Below, piece after piece: positions 28,965 to 38,668 of a stretch of 42,851 nt of DNA; the stretch's first letter is position 1, and the number at the start of each line of letters is the position of its first letter. Source of the DNA: Planctomycetota bacterium. GTDB lineage: Bacteria > Planctomycetota > Phycisphaerae > WQYP01. The position numbers were made by a program, and so were the translations under genes. The notes below the pieces were generated by a model. The model did not search any database and was not told the origin of the DNA. It worked only from the letters and a program-made list of their open reading frames with translations. The stretch lies in the NCBI GenBank assembly GCA_021790475.1, contig JAJYDU010000003.1:1-42851 (forward strand), read 5' to 3'.

Positions 28965-29627
28965 TCATTTTGAGTTGCTGCGGGGCCGCTTGAAAAAAGG
29001 CGTGGCCGCCGCAATCACACCGATACCGGCGTAGAGGATCAGCGGTCCGAGCGCCAGTGCCAGGCGGCCATGCGCTGCCTGAAGAATATCCCACCAGGGG
29101 AGCAGGCCCTTCCAGGCAACAGAACCTGGCCCAGGCAGCATATCCGTCCGCAGATATGCGACCAACGGAAGAAAAAGAAACAAAAAGACCGAAAGACCGG
29201 CAAGAATGGCTTGAACCGCAGCGGTCCCGCAGTTGATCCATACGGCCAATCCTACGGCAAAGAGGGCGAAACACAGCTGGCAAAAGATGGTGGAGAGAAT
29301 GACCGGCCACGGCGCCAGGGAAAGCCACGCCGCCAGAACCAGGGGGGCGGTAGAGCCCAGCGCAGCGGCCAGAGAGGCCACCGCGAGTGAATCCACGCGG
29401 ACACCGGTAAATTGGCGCGGAGCCATCATCGCCGGCCAGGCGAGAAACCAGAAAAAGCCCAGGCCGACATTAGTGTAAGGCCAGGCCAGCATCCACCAGG
29501 CCGAACTGAGTGGTTGGGCCGTCCATTGCCAGCCCATCGCCGCGGCGGAAAGTCCGGCCGCGGCCAAGGCGGCGGCCAGTGCGGCGGACCGGAGAGGATT
29601 CGTGGATATCATCTCACACACCCTCAT
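28965..29627 (-). CDS. Hypothetical polytopic membrane protein
   Basis: About 6 hydrophobic segments, located directly downstream of the ftsQ-like gene. The start is uncertain. Confidence 0.6.
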   Translation of the reverse strand: MRVCEMISTNPLRSAALAAALAAAGLSAAAMGWQWTAQPLSSAWWMLAWPYTNVGLGFFWFLAWPAMMAPRQFTGVRVDSLAVASLAAALGSTAPLVLAAWLSLAPWPVILSTIFCQLCFALFAVGLAVWINCGTAAVQAILAGLSVFLFLFLPLVAYLRTDMLPGPGSVAWKGLLPWWDILQAAHGRLALALGPLILYAGIGVIAAATPFFKRPRSNSK

Positions 29628-29663
29628 GTAAGAGCCTGTCCGTACAGGCTCTAAGCTCGGTGT

Positions 29664-30629
29664 TCATGGGAAAACAGGAGTCTTCGGTCCAATGGCCGGC
29701 GACGGTTGCGTTGCGGGGCGGGGAACCAATACCTGATCGTCACGGATGTCCACATAAGCACGGCCCGCATCCACACGATGATACTCTTGATAAATTGCGG
29801 CAAGAGAGGCGATCTTGCGCCTGGCCGGCACTTCATAGAAGCCTTCTTCGCCAGGCGGCAACCCCCAGATTATTTTAGTCCCAAACGTAGTCCAAAGCAC
29901 GATCCAAGGCGCCGTTTTGTCGATGCGACCATGGAGATTGCTCATATCAACCGCACGAATCTGTCCGGCAAATGGTTGAGGATGGATCAAACGGATGATC
30001 CGTAAGGCGATTCGCACGCCGGAAGAATGAAAATGCCTACCCGCCGCCGGCGCCTTGGCCGCGGCGACGCCGACAATTTGAACCAGCCAGCGCAAACTGG
30101 CGACATCGCCGGGGGCGTAGCGGCCGGGAAGACGTACACCGCCGGCACTCACGAGATAATACGCGCCGGAAAGTTTTATCAAGGCTATGGGGGCGCGGTA
30201 CTCGGCGGCTATTTCGATGATCTGCTGATGCGGTAGCCAGACACGGCGGACAAAACGCACGTGTTTGATCCAGGCATTCATGCCCTGCGGTTGATGTGTC
30301 ATGTAATAGTGGGCGAGGCGGACGAGGATTTTACCGTCGAGCGGATTGCGAAGTTCGGCGGCGTAGCGGGGATGTTTTTTATTGTAGCAGGCGTAGTCAA
30401 CGGCCGCGCGGGCCAGCCGGTTAAGAATGGCCGGAGATAACCACGGCGGCGCATGAACCAGCACAAGGCGCTTGAGCGGGCGCTTGGTTCCCGCGTTCTC
30501 TATCGATCCGGCATAGCTTCGCAGACGGCTCAAAGCCTCTACGAAGATCGCCAGCACCACAAGAACAACGCAAGCGCCCAGCAACCCCCGTACCCACGGA
30601 ATGTGCCAGGGACGGTGGTAAGATCGCAT
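29664..30629 (-). CDS. ftsQ: Divergent FtsQ/DivIB-like cell division protein
   Basis: Single N-terminal TM, a POTRA-like WIKHVRFVRR...IEIAAEYRAPIAL segment, C-terminal YVDIR, and the canonical position after ddl. Confidence 0.65.
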   Translation of the reverse strand: MRSYHRPWHIPWVRGLLGACVVLVVLAIFVEALSRLRSYAGSIENAGTKRPLKRLVLVHAPPWLSPAILNRLARAAVDYACYNKKHPRYAAELRNPLDGKILVRLAHYYMTHQPQGMNAWIKHVRFVRRVWLPHQQIIEIAAEYRAPIALIKLSGAYYLVSAGGVRLPGRYAPGDVASLRWLVQIVGVAAAKAPAAGRHFHSSGVRIALRIIRLIHPQPFAGQIRAVDMSNLHGRIDKTAPWIVLWTTFGTKIIWGLPPGEEGFYEVPARRKIASLAAIYQEYHRVDAGRAYVDIRDDQVLVPRPATQPSPAIGPKTPVFP

Positions 30630-30657
30630 CAAATCTCCAGCAAAGGTGGGGCGGGGG

Positions 30658-31608
30658 TTACACTCGCCCCGGCGCAACGGCATCGCGAACAGCCATGCGT
30701 GCCAGGCGGTCGCAAAGCGAATCAAAATCGATGCCGGCATGGGCGGCGGCCTTGGGAACCAGCGAATGTCCTGTGAAACCGGGCATTGTGTTGATCTCCA
30801 ACACCCAGGGCGCGAGTGTTTGCGCGTCCACCATCACATCCACCCGCGCCAGATGGCGGGCGTCGACGCAATGATACGTCCGCAGCGCCATGCTGGAAAT
30901 CTCCTGCCGCACCGGCGGCGGCAGATTAATATCAAAAAGATACTCGGTATCGTCACGTGAATATTTGGCTTCATAATCGTAAAAATTCGTCTTGGGGCGG
31001 ATTTGAATCAGTGGCAGCGCCTGGCTGTCAAGAATGCCGACGGTCAATTCCGGTCCCGGGACGTACCGCTCCACCAGCATGACGTCGTAAGCGGTAAAAC
31101 AACCCTCCAGATGGGCGCGGGCCTCAACCGGATCGCGGCATATCCGGCAGGCAACGCTGCTGCCTTCGGCCGCCGGCTTGATGATACAGGGAAAACCGAT
31201 GCCCGCGCGCGGAACCCAATGCGGAGTGAACTGATCCGCCGAAACGACCTGCCAGTCCGGCGTGGGAATGCCACGGTCGATCATGGCGATTTTCGCCGCC
31301 GGTTTATCCATGGCCAGACGCGAAGCGGCCGGTCCGGAACCGACGTAGGGAAGATTTCGGCTTTCAATCATTTCCTGTAAGGCGCCGTCCTCGCCGAACA
31401 CTCCATGGAGCGCGGGGAATACCAGATCGCAGGGACGCAGATCGAGTGCGGAGGCGTCCGTCGGGCTGATGTCCATCAGCCGCACGTGATGACCGCATCG
31501 CCGGAGGCTGGCGGCGATCTGGCTTCCGCTGAGTATCGAAACATCACGCTCGGCGGATATGCCGCCGGCCAGGACGGTGATGTGCAGAGGCTGTCTGGAG
31601 TTATCCAT
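30658..31608 (-). CDS. ddl: D-alanine--D-alanine ligase
   Basis: GGISAERDVS, LHGVFGEDG, FYDYEAKY and LEINTMPGFT. Confidence 0.97.
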   Translation of the reverse strand: MDNSRQPLHITVLAGGISAERDVSILSGSQIAASLRRCGHHVRLMDISPTDASALDLRPCDLVFPALHGVFGEDGALQEMIESRNLPYVGSGPAASRLAMDKPAAKIAMIDRGIPTPDWQVVSADQFTPHWVPRAGIGFPCIIKPAAEGSSVACRICRDPVEARAHLEGCFTAYDVMLVERYVPGPELTVGILDSQALPLIQIRPKTNFYDYEAKYSRDDTEYLFDINLPPPVRQEISSMALRTYHCVDARHLARVDVMVDAQTLAPWVLEINTMPGFTGHSLVPKAAAHAGIDFDSLCDRLARMAVRDAVAPGRV

Positions 31609-31817
31609 CAGAGACTCCCGTGCGTACGACTATACTTCGCATTGCCCAATTTGATACCACGTCCAGGGGCGGCGCGTCTACCCGGATACACGATCCGGTA
31701 TTACTCGTCGCTTTTCCTGGCATTGGGCCGCTTTGGGGATCGAACGTGGTTCTCGCTATCTATTGAGACAGGCTCCAACAGCATCCACGGTAAGGATCCC
31801 GGCGACGCGGAGTATAT

Positions 31818-32696
31818 TCACCAGATAATCACTTCCGTTTCCAGCAGTACATTGGTCTGCTCCCGGACGCGACGGCGGATCAGGTCAATCAGAGCCAGGA
31901 CGTCCGCGGCGGTGGCGCCGGGCCGGGCCACGATGAAATTCGCGTGCCGGGTCGAAACCTGGGCTCGTCCCACGCTTACCCCTTTTAAACCCGCCTGATC
32001 AATCAGCGCGCCGGCGGAAAAGCCGTTGGCGTTGCGGAAAATACAGCCGGCGCTGCTTTCGGCAAGGGGTTGGGTATTGCGTTTATACATCCAGATTTCC
32101 TTAACACGGGAAACCAGTCGCTGGGGATCGTCGGGTACCAGCTCGAAAGTGGCCTGAATGATGAACTTGGCGTTGATGTTGCTCCGCCGATAGTCAAAAA
32201 CCAGATCGTCACGGGCGATCGTGTATATTCGCCCATGGGTATCCATGACGCGCGCCGCGAGCACGCGGGAACCAATATTGCCGAACACGCCTCCGGCGTT
32301 CATGCGGATTTCTCCGCCGACGGTTCCGGGAATGCCCGCCAGACACTCCAACCCTCCCAGCCCCGCCTTGGCGCATTGCAAAACCAGCCGGGGAACATCG
32401 GCCCCGGCGCCGGCGCGAACGTGCCGTTCGGAAATATCTACGTCTCTAAATTCCGGTTCGTGAAGACTGATGACCGCACCGTCCACGCCCTGGTCGCGGA
32501 TCAGCAGATTGGCCCCGGCGCCCAGCACATACATCGGGATATTGTTGTCGCGCAGCCGGCATACGACGGCGGCGAGTTCGCCGGCGGTGCGCGGCGCGAT
32601 GAAATACTTCGCCGGACCGCCCAGGCCAAACCACGTGCGGGACGCCAGGGGGGCGTCAGTCTTGACGATTGTCTCGAAATCCGCGTACCAAACCAT
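31818..32696 (-). CDS. murB: UDP-N-acetylenolpyruvoylglucosamine reductase
   Basis: GIPGTVGG, MNAG, SAGCIFRN, HANF and ETEV. Confidence 0.96.
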   Translation of the reverse strand: MVWYADFETIVKTDAPLASRTWFGLGGPAKYFIAPRTAGELAAVVCRLRDNNIPMYVLGAGANLLIRDQGVDGAVISLHEPEFRDVDISERHVRAGAGADVPRLVLQCAKAGLGGLECLAGIPGTVGGEIRMNAGGVFGNIGSRVLAARVMDTHGRIYTIARDDLVFDYRRSNINAKFIIQATFELVPDDPQRLVSRVKEIWMYKRNTQPLAESSAGCIFRNANGFSAGALIDQAGLKGVSVGRAQVSTRHANFIVARPGATAADVLALIDLIRRRVREQTNVLLETEVIIW

Positions 32697-34125
32697 CCGT
32701 CACTTCCCATACCGGCCCGGCGCCCATGGACACCACCAGATCGCCCGGGCGGGTGCTACCGGCCAGATAAGCCACAATGTCCTCAAAAGAGGCTATATGT
32801 AAAGCCTCGCGTCCGTTTTCCCGCAGTCGCGCCACCAGAGTCCGGGCCGTGACCGCCACCCGGTCCGCCTCGGTATCGCGGACGAAAAATATATCCGGCA
32901 CGATGATTAAATCGGCCTGATTGAAACTGCGGGCGAAATCCGCCAGCAGCAAGCGTGTCCGGCTGTGCTGATGCGGTTGAAATACGCAGATGAGCCTTTG
33001 GGGTTGATAGTGTTCCCGCAAGGCCAGCAGGGTGGCGCGAATTTCCGTCGGGTGGTGGGCGTAGTCGTCCACCACGGTGACTTGCCGGAAGCAACCCAGC
33101 CATTGGCTGCGGCGGTTCACTCCCGCGAACTCGCGCACCGCACGGGCGATGGAATCCCAGGGAACGCCGCAGCGCGTCGCAATAGCCGCGGCCACGAGGG
33201 CATTGCCCACGTTGTGCCGCCCCGGGATGTTCAGCACGAGAGGCCCGACGGGTTGGCGCCGGTACGCAACCGCAAATCGTATGTGACCATCTTGATGAAC
33301 GATATCGGTGGCGGTCCAGTCGGCCCGAACCTCCAGGCCGTAGGTTTCAACCGGCGCCGCCGACTGCGCGGCGGCGCGGCGGCAGGATGAGTCCGCCACG
33401 GGAATGATTAGCAGACCGCCGGGATTCACCTGCGATACGAATTTTCCAAATGCGGCGGTGATTTCATGGATGTCGCGATAATAATCCAGATGGTCTTCCT
33501 CAATATTCAGAACAGCGGCTATATGGGGAAATAAATTGTCAAAGCTGCGGTCATATTCGCATGCTTCCACCACAAAATGGCTTCCTTTGCCGCCATGGGA
33601 CGATCCCGCAAGTTGTGGGCTGGGAGCGCCCACAACAAAGGAAGGGTCCAAACCGGCGGTGGTCAGAACATAGGCCGTCATCGCGGTTGTGGTCGATTTG
33701 CCGTGCGTGCCGGCGATGGCGATACCGCGTTTTCGATTCATCACCTGACCGAGCAATTGGGCGTATTTAAGAATGGTCAGACCGCACCGGCGGGCTTCGG
33801 CCAGGGCGGGGTGTTCATCCCTGACGGCGGCGGAATAAACCACCGTTTGCGTATCGGCCGGCAGGCCGCCGCCATTTTCCAACCGCACCAGCGCTCCAAG
33901 CCGCCGCAGTTTCTCCAGCGTCTGCGATTCCACGAGATCAGTTCCGGTCACCATGGCGCCGGCTTGGCTAAGCATGTGCGCCAGTCCGCACATACCGCTG
34001 CCGCCGATACCGACAAAATGAATGTGCCGGCCGGCGAAGGCTTCCGCCAGAGAATTGGCCGGAGGATTCGTCCGGTTGTCATCATTTGCTTTACGTTGGG
34101 CTGTTGTTGTCGCTGGCAACGTCAT
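32656..34125 (-). CDS. murC: UDP-N-acetylmuramate--L-alanine ligase
   Basis: HFVGIGGSGM, GTHGKSTTT, EACEYD, DDYAHHPTEI and FQPH. Confidence 0.97.
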   Translation of the reverse strand: MTLPATTTAQRKANDDNRTNPPANSLAEAFAGRHIHFVGIGGSGMCGLAHMLSQAGAMVTGTDLVESQTLEKLRRLGALVRLENGGGLPADTQTVVYSAAVRDEHPALAEARRCGLTILKYAQLLGQVMNRKRGIAIAGTHGKSTTTAMTAYVLTTAGLDPSFVVGAPSPQLAGSSHGGKGSHFVVEACEYDRSFDNLFPHIAAVLNIEEDHLDYYRDIHEITAAFGKFVSQVNPGGLLIIPVADSSCRRAAAQSAAPVETYGLEVRADWTATDIVHQDGHIRFAVAYRRQPVGPLVLNIPGRHNVGNALVAAAIATRCGVPWDSIARAVREFAGVNRRSQWLGCFRQVTVVDDYAHHPTEIRATLLALREHYQPQRLICVFQPHQHSRTRLLLADFARSFNQADLIIVPDIFFVRDTEADRVAVTARTLVARLRENGREALHIASFEDIVAYLAGSTRPGDLVVSMGAGPVWEVTDGLVRGFRDNRQD

Positions 34126-34147
34126 CCTGTCGCCTCCATGGCGCGCC

Positions 34148-35389
34148 TTATCGGCAAGAACCCATCCGCCCGGCCCGCGCCTGTACAAGAAGCCAATCCG
34201 CTACCTGGGCGGCGGCGCCGGGTTTTCCCATGGATCTGGCCGCCCGAGCCATCGCTCGCCGCCGGGATTCATCTCCCAGCAGATTCAAAATCATATTCTT
34301 CAGTTCGTATGCGTTGCGTTTCGGATCCACCTGGTCTCTTGCCAGCACGGCTGCGCCGCCGGAGCACAATTGCCGGGCATTGGCCCGCTGATGATTGTCT
34401 TTATGGAAGGGATAAGGCAGCAGCACCGCCGGTACGCCGCAGGCGGTTAATTCGGCACAAGTTCCCGCGCCCGCCCGGGCCAGAGCCAGATCGGCAGCCG
34501 CCCACACCGCCCCCATGTCATCGCAATAATCGAGGACAAGCCAGGAAATTGTTTTCAGCTGGTCCGCGGCGGCGCGCATATCCCGGGCCTGTTCCGAACC
34601 CGCCAGGTGAAGAACCTGCCAGCCCGTGGAATCGGCCTGGCGGCCGGCCAGAGCACCGAGGAATTGTTCATCCCGCATCAGCACTTTCATCGCTTCATTG
34701 ATCGTTCGCGCTCCAAGAGAGGCGCCCGTGATCACCAGCGTACGGCGCTTGGGGTCCAGGCCCAGGCGGTCGATGGCTTGCATTCGCGGTACACCGATTA
34801 AGTCCGCGCGAATGGGGCAACCCACAACCGATTCTTTTTCCGATGGTCTTACGGAAAAACCGATGCGCCCGGGCAAAGGCCATTGTGTGAACACACGGCC
34901 GGCGCCGCGCATCAGAAAACGATTGGCCAGGCCGGGACGCGCATCGGGATTTAACAGACCCACGGGAATACTCATCTGTGCCGCGACCCATGCCGCCGGT
35001 CCGGCGGCATAACCACCCAGCGCCAGCACCGCGTGGACGCTATGCGATTGACAGTAACCGCGCCAGAAGGCGCAGGAACGCCGCCAGGCACCGTAGAAAG
35101 CGGGCCAGCGCCAGGGATCACGGTTCAGCGGCAGTACCGGCTGCTCAATATAGTCGGGGCCAAAACCGGAAAGCAGCCGTCGATCTATCGTCCGCCCCGT
35201 AGCCGCCCAGACCAGTTGGAGATTATCTCCAAGCTGCTGGCGAAGTTGCGCCGCAACCGCCAGGCCGGGGTACAAATGGCCTCCCGTACCTCCACCAGCC
35301 ATAATAATCCGGATTGGCGCGTCTGTGCTCATGGCGATCCGTATCCCGGAAAAATTTTTGGGAATCGTTATGCCGCCGGCGGCGCTCAT
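34148..35389 (-). CDS. murG: Lipid II synthesis N-acetylglucosaminyl transferase
   Basis: GGGTGGHLYP, GGYAAGP, GASLGA, RAGAGT and HQRANA. ATGA overlap with ftsW, with an alternative start near 35332. Confidence 0.95.
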   Translation of the reverse strand: MSAAGGITIPKNFSGIRIAMSTDAPIRIIMAGGGTGGHLYPGLAVAAQLRQQLGDNLQLVWAATGRTIDRRLLSGFGPDYIEQPVLPLNRDPWRWPAFYGAWRRSCAFWRGYCQSHSVHAVLALGGYAAGPAAWVAAQMSIPVGLLNPDARPGLANRFLMRGAGRVFTQWPLPGRIGFSVRPSEKESVVGCPIRADLIGVPRMQAIDRLGLDPKRRTLVITGASLGARTINEAMKVLMRDEQFLGALAGRQADSTGWQVLHLAGSEQARDMRAAADQLKTISWLVLDYCDDMGAVWAAADLALARAGAGTCAELTACGVPAVLLPYPFHKDNHQRANARQLCSGGAAVLARDQVDPKRNAYELKNMILNLLGDESRRRAMARAARSMGKPGAAAQVADWLLVQARAGRMGSCR

Positions 35390-36612
35390 GCCACGGTCCT
35401 CATCTCCGAATCGTTCACTGCGGCGGCCGGTAACTTTAACAGCCGATCCGCCTGGCCGGAGGCCGCGGGCAGCCGGTGGGTCATCTCCATTCGGGTCGTT
35501 CGTTCGATGCTCATCAGCAGGCCAATCGCCGCCGCCGTGAGAATCCAACTGGTGCCACCCGACGAAATCAGCGGCAGTGCAATGCCTTTGGTGGGCACGC
35601 TGACTGTGGCTACGGCGATGTTCATCGCCGCCTGGAGACTGATCATGGCGGTGCACCCGAAGCCGGCCATTTTTCCAAACAGGTCACGTGTCCGGCAGAC
35701 AACGCGCCAGCCGCAGATGGTCAGTATCAGGTAGAGGCTCACAACCACCATGCATCCAAAGAAGCCGAGCTCCTCGGCAATCAGGCTGAAGATAAAGTCG
35801 GTATTGGCTTCGGGCAGATAACCCAACTTCTGGATGCCATTGCCCAGCCCCCGCCCCCAGAAACCGCCGCTGGAGAAGGAAAGCAGCGACTGGATGGGGT
35901 TATAACCGGCGCCGCGCGGATCCAGGTGTGGATGTAAAAAGATTAACAGCCGCTCGCGGCGGTAGGGGATGTGCCAGACGGCGAAATAACCGAGAACCAG
36001 GACGCCCGGTACGAGGATCGCCAGATGCCACCACCGGCAACCGGCCATCAGCATGAGAATAGCACTGACGCCGGCGATCAGGGCGGCGGTCCCGAAATCC
36101 TCCTTAAGAATCAGGACGCAGGTAATGCCGATGATTGCTGTCAGCGGCAGAAATCCCCGCAGAAAATCGCGAATTTTGTCTTCCCGGTGCATGGCATAGG
36201 CACTGATGAAAAGAACCAACGACCATTTGGCCAGTTCCGATGGTTCAAAGCTGATCGCGTGTGATCCTGTTCGCAGCAGCAGCCAGCGTCTGGCTCCGTT
36301 GATGCTTGTTCCCAGGTGCGTCAGCACCAGCGCCAACAGCAGCAGGGCGGCGATCAACAGAAAGGTGACGGCCGAAAGCGGCAAAGAGCGGCCAATCAGG
36401 CGGCGATAGTCAAACCGCCATACCAGGCACATGGCCAGGACCGCCAGAAGCATGTGGAGCGCTGCACTGCTGATAAAAAAATGGATGAACCAGTGTCGGG
36501 AAAAATCGGAGATGCGCGCATTGGCGCTGTGCACCATGACCAGGCCGATTCCCAACAGGCTCAGACAGACCAGGCCAAGGATCTGGTCGAGCGTCAACGT
36601 CACGGGACGCAA
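35386..36612 (-). CDS. ftsW: SEDS peptidoglycan glycosyltransferase FtsW
   Basis: GARRW, EPSELAK, DFGT, LPEANTDFIF, EELG and LPLISSGGTS, upstream of murG. The start is approximate (TTG 36612 or GTG 36603). Confidence 0.93.
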   Translation of the reverse strand: MRPVTLTLDQILGLVCLSLLGIGLVMVHSANARISDFSRHWFIHFFISSAALHMLLAVLAMCLVWRFDYRRLIGRSLPLSAVTFLLIAALLLLALVLTHLGTSINGARRWLLLRTGSHAISFEPSELAKWSLVLFISAYAMHREDKIRDFLRGFLPLTAIIGITCVLILKEDFGTAALIAGVSAILMLMAGCRWWHLAILVPGVLVLGYFAVWHIPYRRERLLIFLHPHLDPRGAGYNPIQSLLSFSSGGFWGRGLGNGIQKLGYLPEANTDFIFSLIAEELGFFGCMVVVSLYLILTICGWRVVCRTRDLFGKMAGFGCTAMISLQAAMNIAVATVSVPTKGIALPLISSGGTSWILTAAAIGLLMSIERTTRMEMTHRLPAASGQADRLLKLPAAAVNDSEMRTVA

Positions 36613-36780
36613 TGCAACGGAAAATCCCCCCGGACCGGGACCACACCGTGGTGAAGAAGGAGCCGCGTTCGACCGCGCCGTCAGGGGCCAGTTGATACGA
36701 TTCGGCCAGTGTATATGGTACGTGTTACGAGGCATCCGGCACCTGTCGGCAGACTTGGCCATATTTTGCGGCAAGGTTAT

Positions 36781-36953
36781 GCCATGAGTTCGGCAAGCCG
36801 GGTCGTGGTGATGGCGAGCATACCTCTCGGACGATGGCGCTGTGCGTTCCATCGGTCGGGATTGGTTCCGGCTGTTCCATGCCTTTAATTTGATGCACTC
36901 CTTGCACCTATCCCTACGTATGCTCTCGGCTTGCCCTCCCGGAACGATCTGGC
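36781..36953. ncRNA. Candidate multi-stem structured RNA or leader upstream of ftsW
   Basis: Nested complementary segments GGCAAGCCG/CGGCTTGCC, GAGCATAC/GTATGCTC, CGATGG/CCATCG and GGGAT.GG/CC.ATCCC. Confidence 0.45.
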
Positions 36954-37380
36954 TGGTAGGCAAGCAAGACCGATAAACCCAATATAATATATTTTCGTTC
37001 CGCAACTCCAATTACAATCACTTTTTTTAGCATAAATGCCAACTTTTTTGGGATATACTCCGTACCGCCCTCTTTGCCGCATTCCCGGGAACCAACCGCG
37101 TCGCTCCGGGATTTCCGGCCGGCCGGTGGTATCGAACGTAATTGTACGTGGCCGGGCCGCTAAAGGCCAAACGGATATGTTTCCATGACCACGGCGTCTT
37201 CTTTCTTCTTCCAGGGCTGAATTTGGCGCTTGCATTTGAGCTTTGTATGGCATAGATATACAGGATGATAAGGGATTGAGACTTACACGGCCGATATAAT
37301 CATAGGTCGCGTCTTGGTTTTGACGCTTCTTCGACGCTTCCCATGGTGTCGGACATAATTGAATTGCAAGCTGGACCGCT

Positions 37381-38664
37381 ATGTTAAAAGTTTCCGCTAA
37401 AAGTACCGGAGAAACTCTTCTCGGACGTTTGCTTGTCGAGCAGGGGCTGTGCACATCCGATGAGCTTGCCGAATGCCTGGTTGTTCAGTCACAACAGGAC
37501 AAAGAAAGCAATCAGCGCAGTTTGGCCGACATCATGGTCGCCAACGGCTTCATCACGCCGACTCAATTGAATCGGGTCCGCGCTGCGGTGGAAGAACAAA
37601 AGAGCATTCAGCAGATTCCGGGATATCAAATTCTCTCCAAACTGGGATTCGGCGCCATGGCCGTGGTCTTCAAAGCGCGGCAGCTTTCGCTGGATCGCAT
37701 GGTGGCCATCAAGGTGCTACCCAAAAAACTCAGCGAAAACAAGGAATTCGTCGATCGTTTTTACATGGAGGGCAAGGCGGCGGCGAAACTGAATCATCCC
37801 AACATCGTCGCGGCTTACGACGTCGGCGAAGCCAGTGGGTATCACTACTTTGTCATGGAGTATGTGGAAGGTAAAACCGTTTACGATCACCTGGTCGACA
37901 GCGGCAAGCCGTATCCGGAAAATGAGGCGTTGGGCATTATCATCCAGATCTGCCGGGCGCTGGTGCACGCGCACCAGCACGGCTTGATTCACCGCGACGT
38001 TAAGCCCAAGAATATTATGATCACCCCAACTGGAGTAGCCAAACTGGCGGACATGGGGCTGGCGCGCCAGGTGGGCGACCAGGCCGCCGCACTGGCGGAG
38101 GCCGGCAAGGCTTACGGAACGCCCTATTACATCTCGCCGGAGCAGATTCGGGGCGAGATGCACGTCGATTTCCGCGCCGACATCTACTCGCTGGGCGCCA
38201 CTTTCTACCACATGGTAACCGGTCGCGTGCCATTTGAAGCGCCGTCGCCGGCGGCGGTGATGCACAAGCATCTCAAGGAGCCCCTGATTCCACCGGATCA
38301 TATTGTCACCTCGCTTAGCGCCGGAGTGGCCGAGATCATTGAGGTGGCGATGGCCAAGGATCCGGGAAAACGCTACGTCTCCACTCAAGACATGCTCACG
38401 GATCTGGAGGCGGTGGCGCGCGGCGAACCGCCCTTGCTGGCGCGCCGGTCTTACGATTTAACTTCGCTGGCGAATATGGAGTCAACGGCCGGCGCCGCCG
38501 ACTCGCTCGTCTCCGGAGGCGGGGCGGACGTGCATAGCCAGGCGACGATTGACTTCAGCGCGCGGACCTTCGTTCAGAAATTTACCGATCCCCTGGTGCT
38601 CTTTCTGGCCGGCACCCTGTTGCTGGCCGTTATTTTCATCATCGCGCTGCTCCTGTCGCGATAA
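37381..38664 (+). CDS. Hanks-type Ser/Thr protein kinase with N-terminal MshEN-like repeats and a C-terminal TM anchor
   Basis: LGFGAMAVV, VAIK, HRDVKPKN, DMG (DFG variant), GTPYYISPEQ and DIYSLG, with a hydrophobic C-terminus. Confidence 0.95.
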   Translation: MLKVSAKSTGETLLGRLLVEQGLCTSDELAECLVVQSQQDKESNQRSLADIMVANGFITPTQLNRVRAAVEEQKSIQQIPGYQILSKLGFGAMAVVFKARQLSLDRMVAIKVLPKKLSENKEFVDRFYMEGKAAAKLNHPNIVAAYDVGEASGYHYFVMEYVEGKTVYDHLVDSGKPYPENEALGIIIQICRALVHAHQHGLIHRDVKPKNIMITPTGVAKLADMGLARQVGDQAAALAEAGKAYGTPYYISPEQIRGEMHVDFRADIYSLGATFYHMVTGRVPFEAPSPAAVMHKHLKEPLIPPDHIVTSLSAGVAEIIEVAMAKDPGKRYVSTQDMLTDLEAVARGEPPLLARRSYDLTSLANMESTAGAADSLVSGGGADVHSQATIDFSARTFVQKFTDPLVLFLAGTLLLAVIFIIALLLSR

Positions 38665-38668
38665 GGAA

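Noticed and set aside
31609-31817. Small gene in the 209-bp murB-ddl gap
   Set aside because: Only short frames without an RBS or recognisable motif were found.
36613-37011. 130-aa N-terminal extension of FtsW in the ORF track
   Set aside because: It has no FtsW-like character and runs through the promoter-like and structured region. A better RBS lies near 36620-36630.
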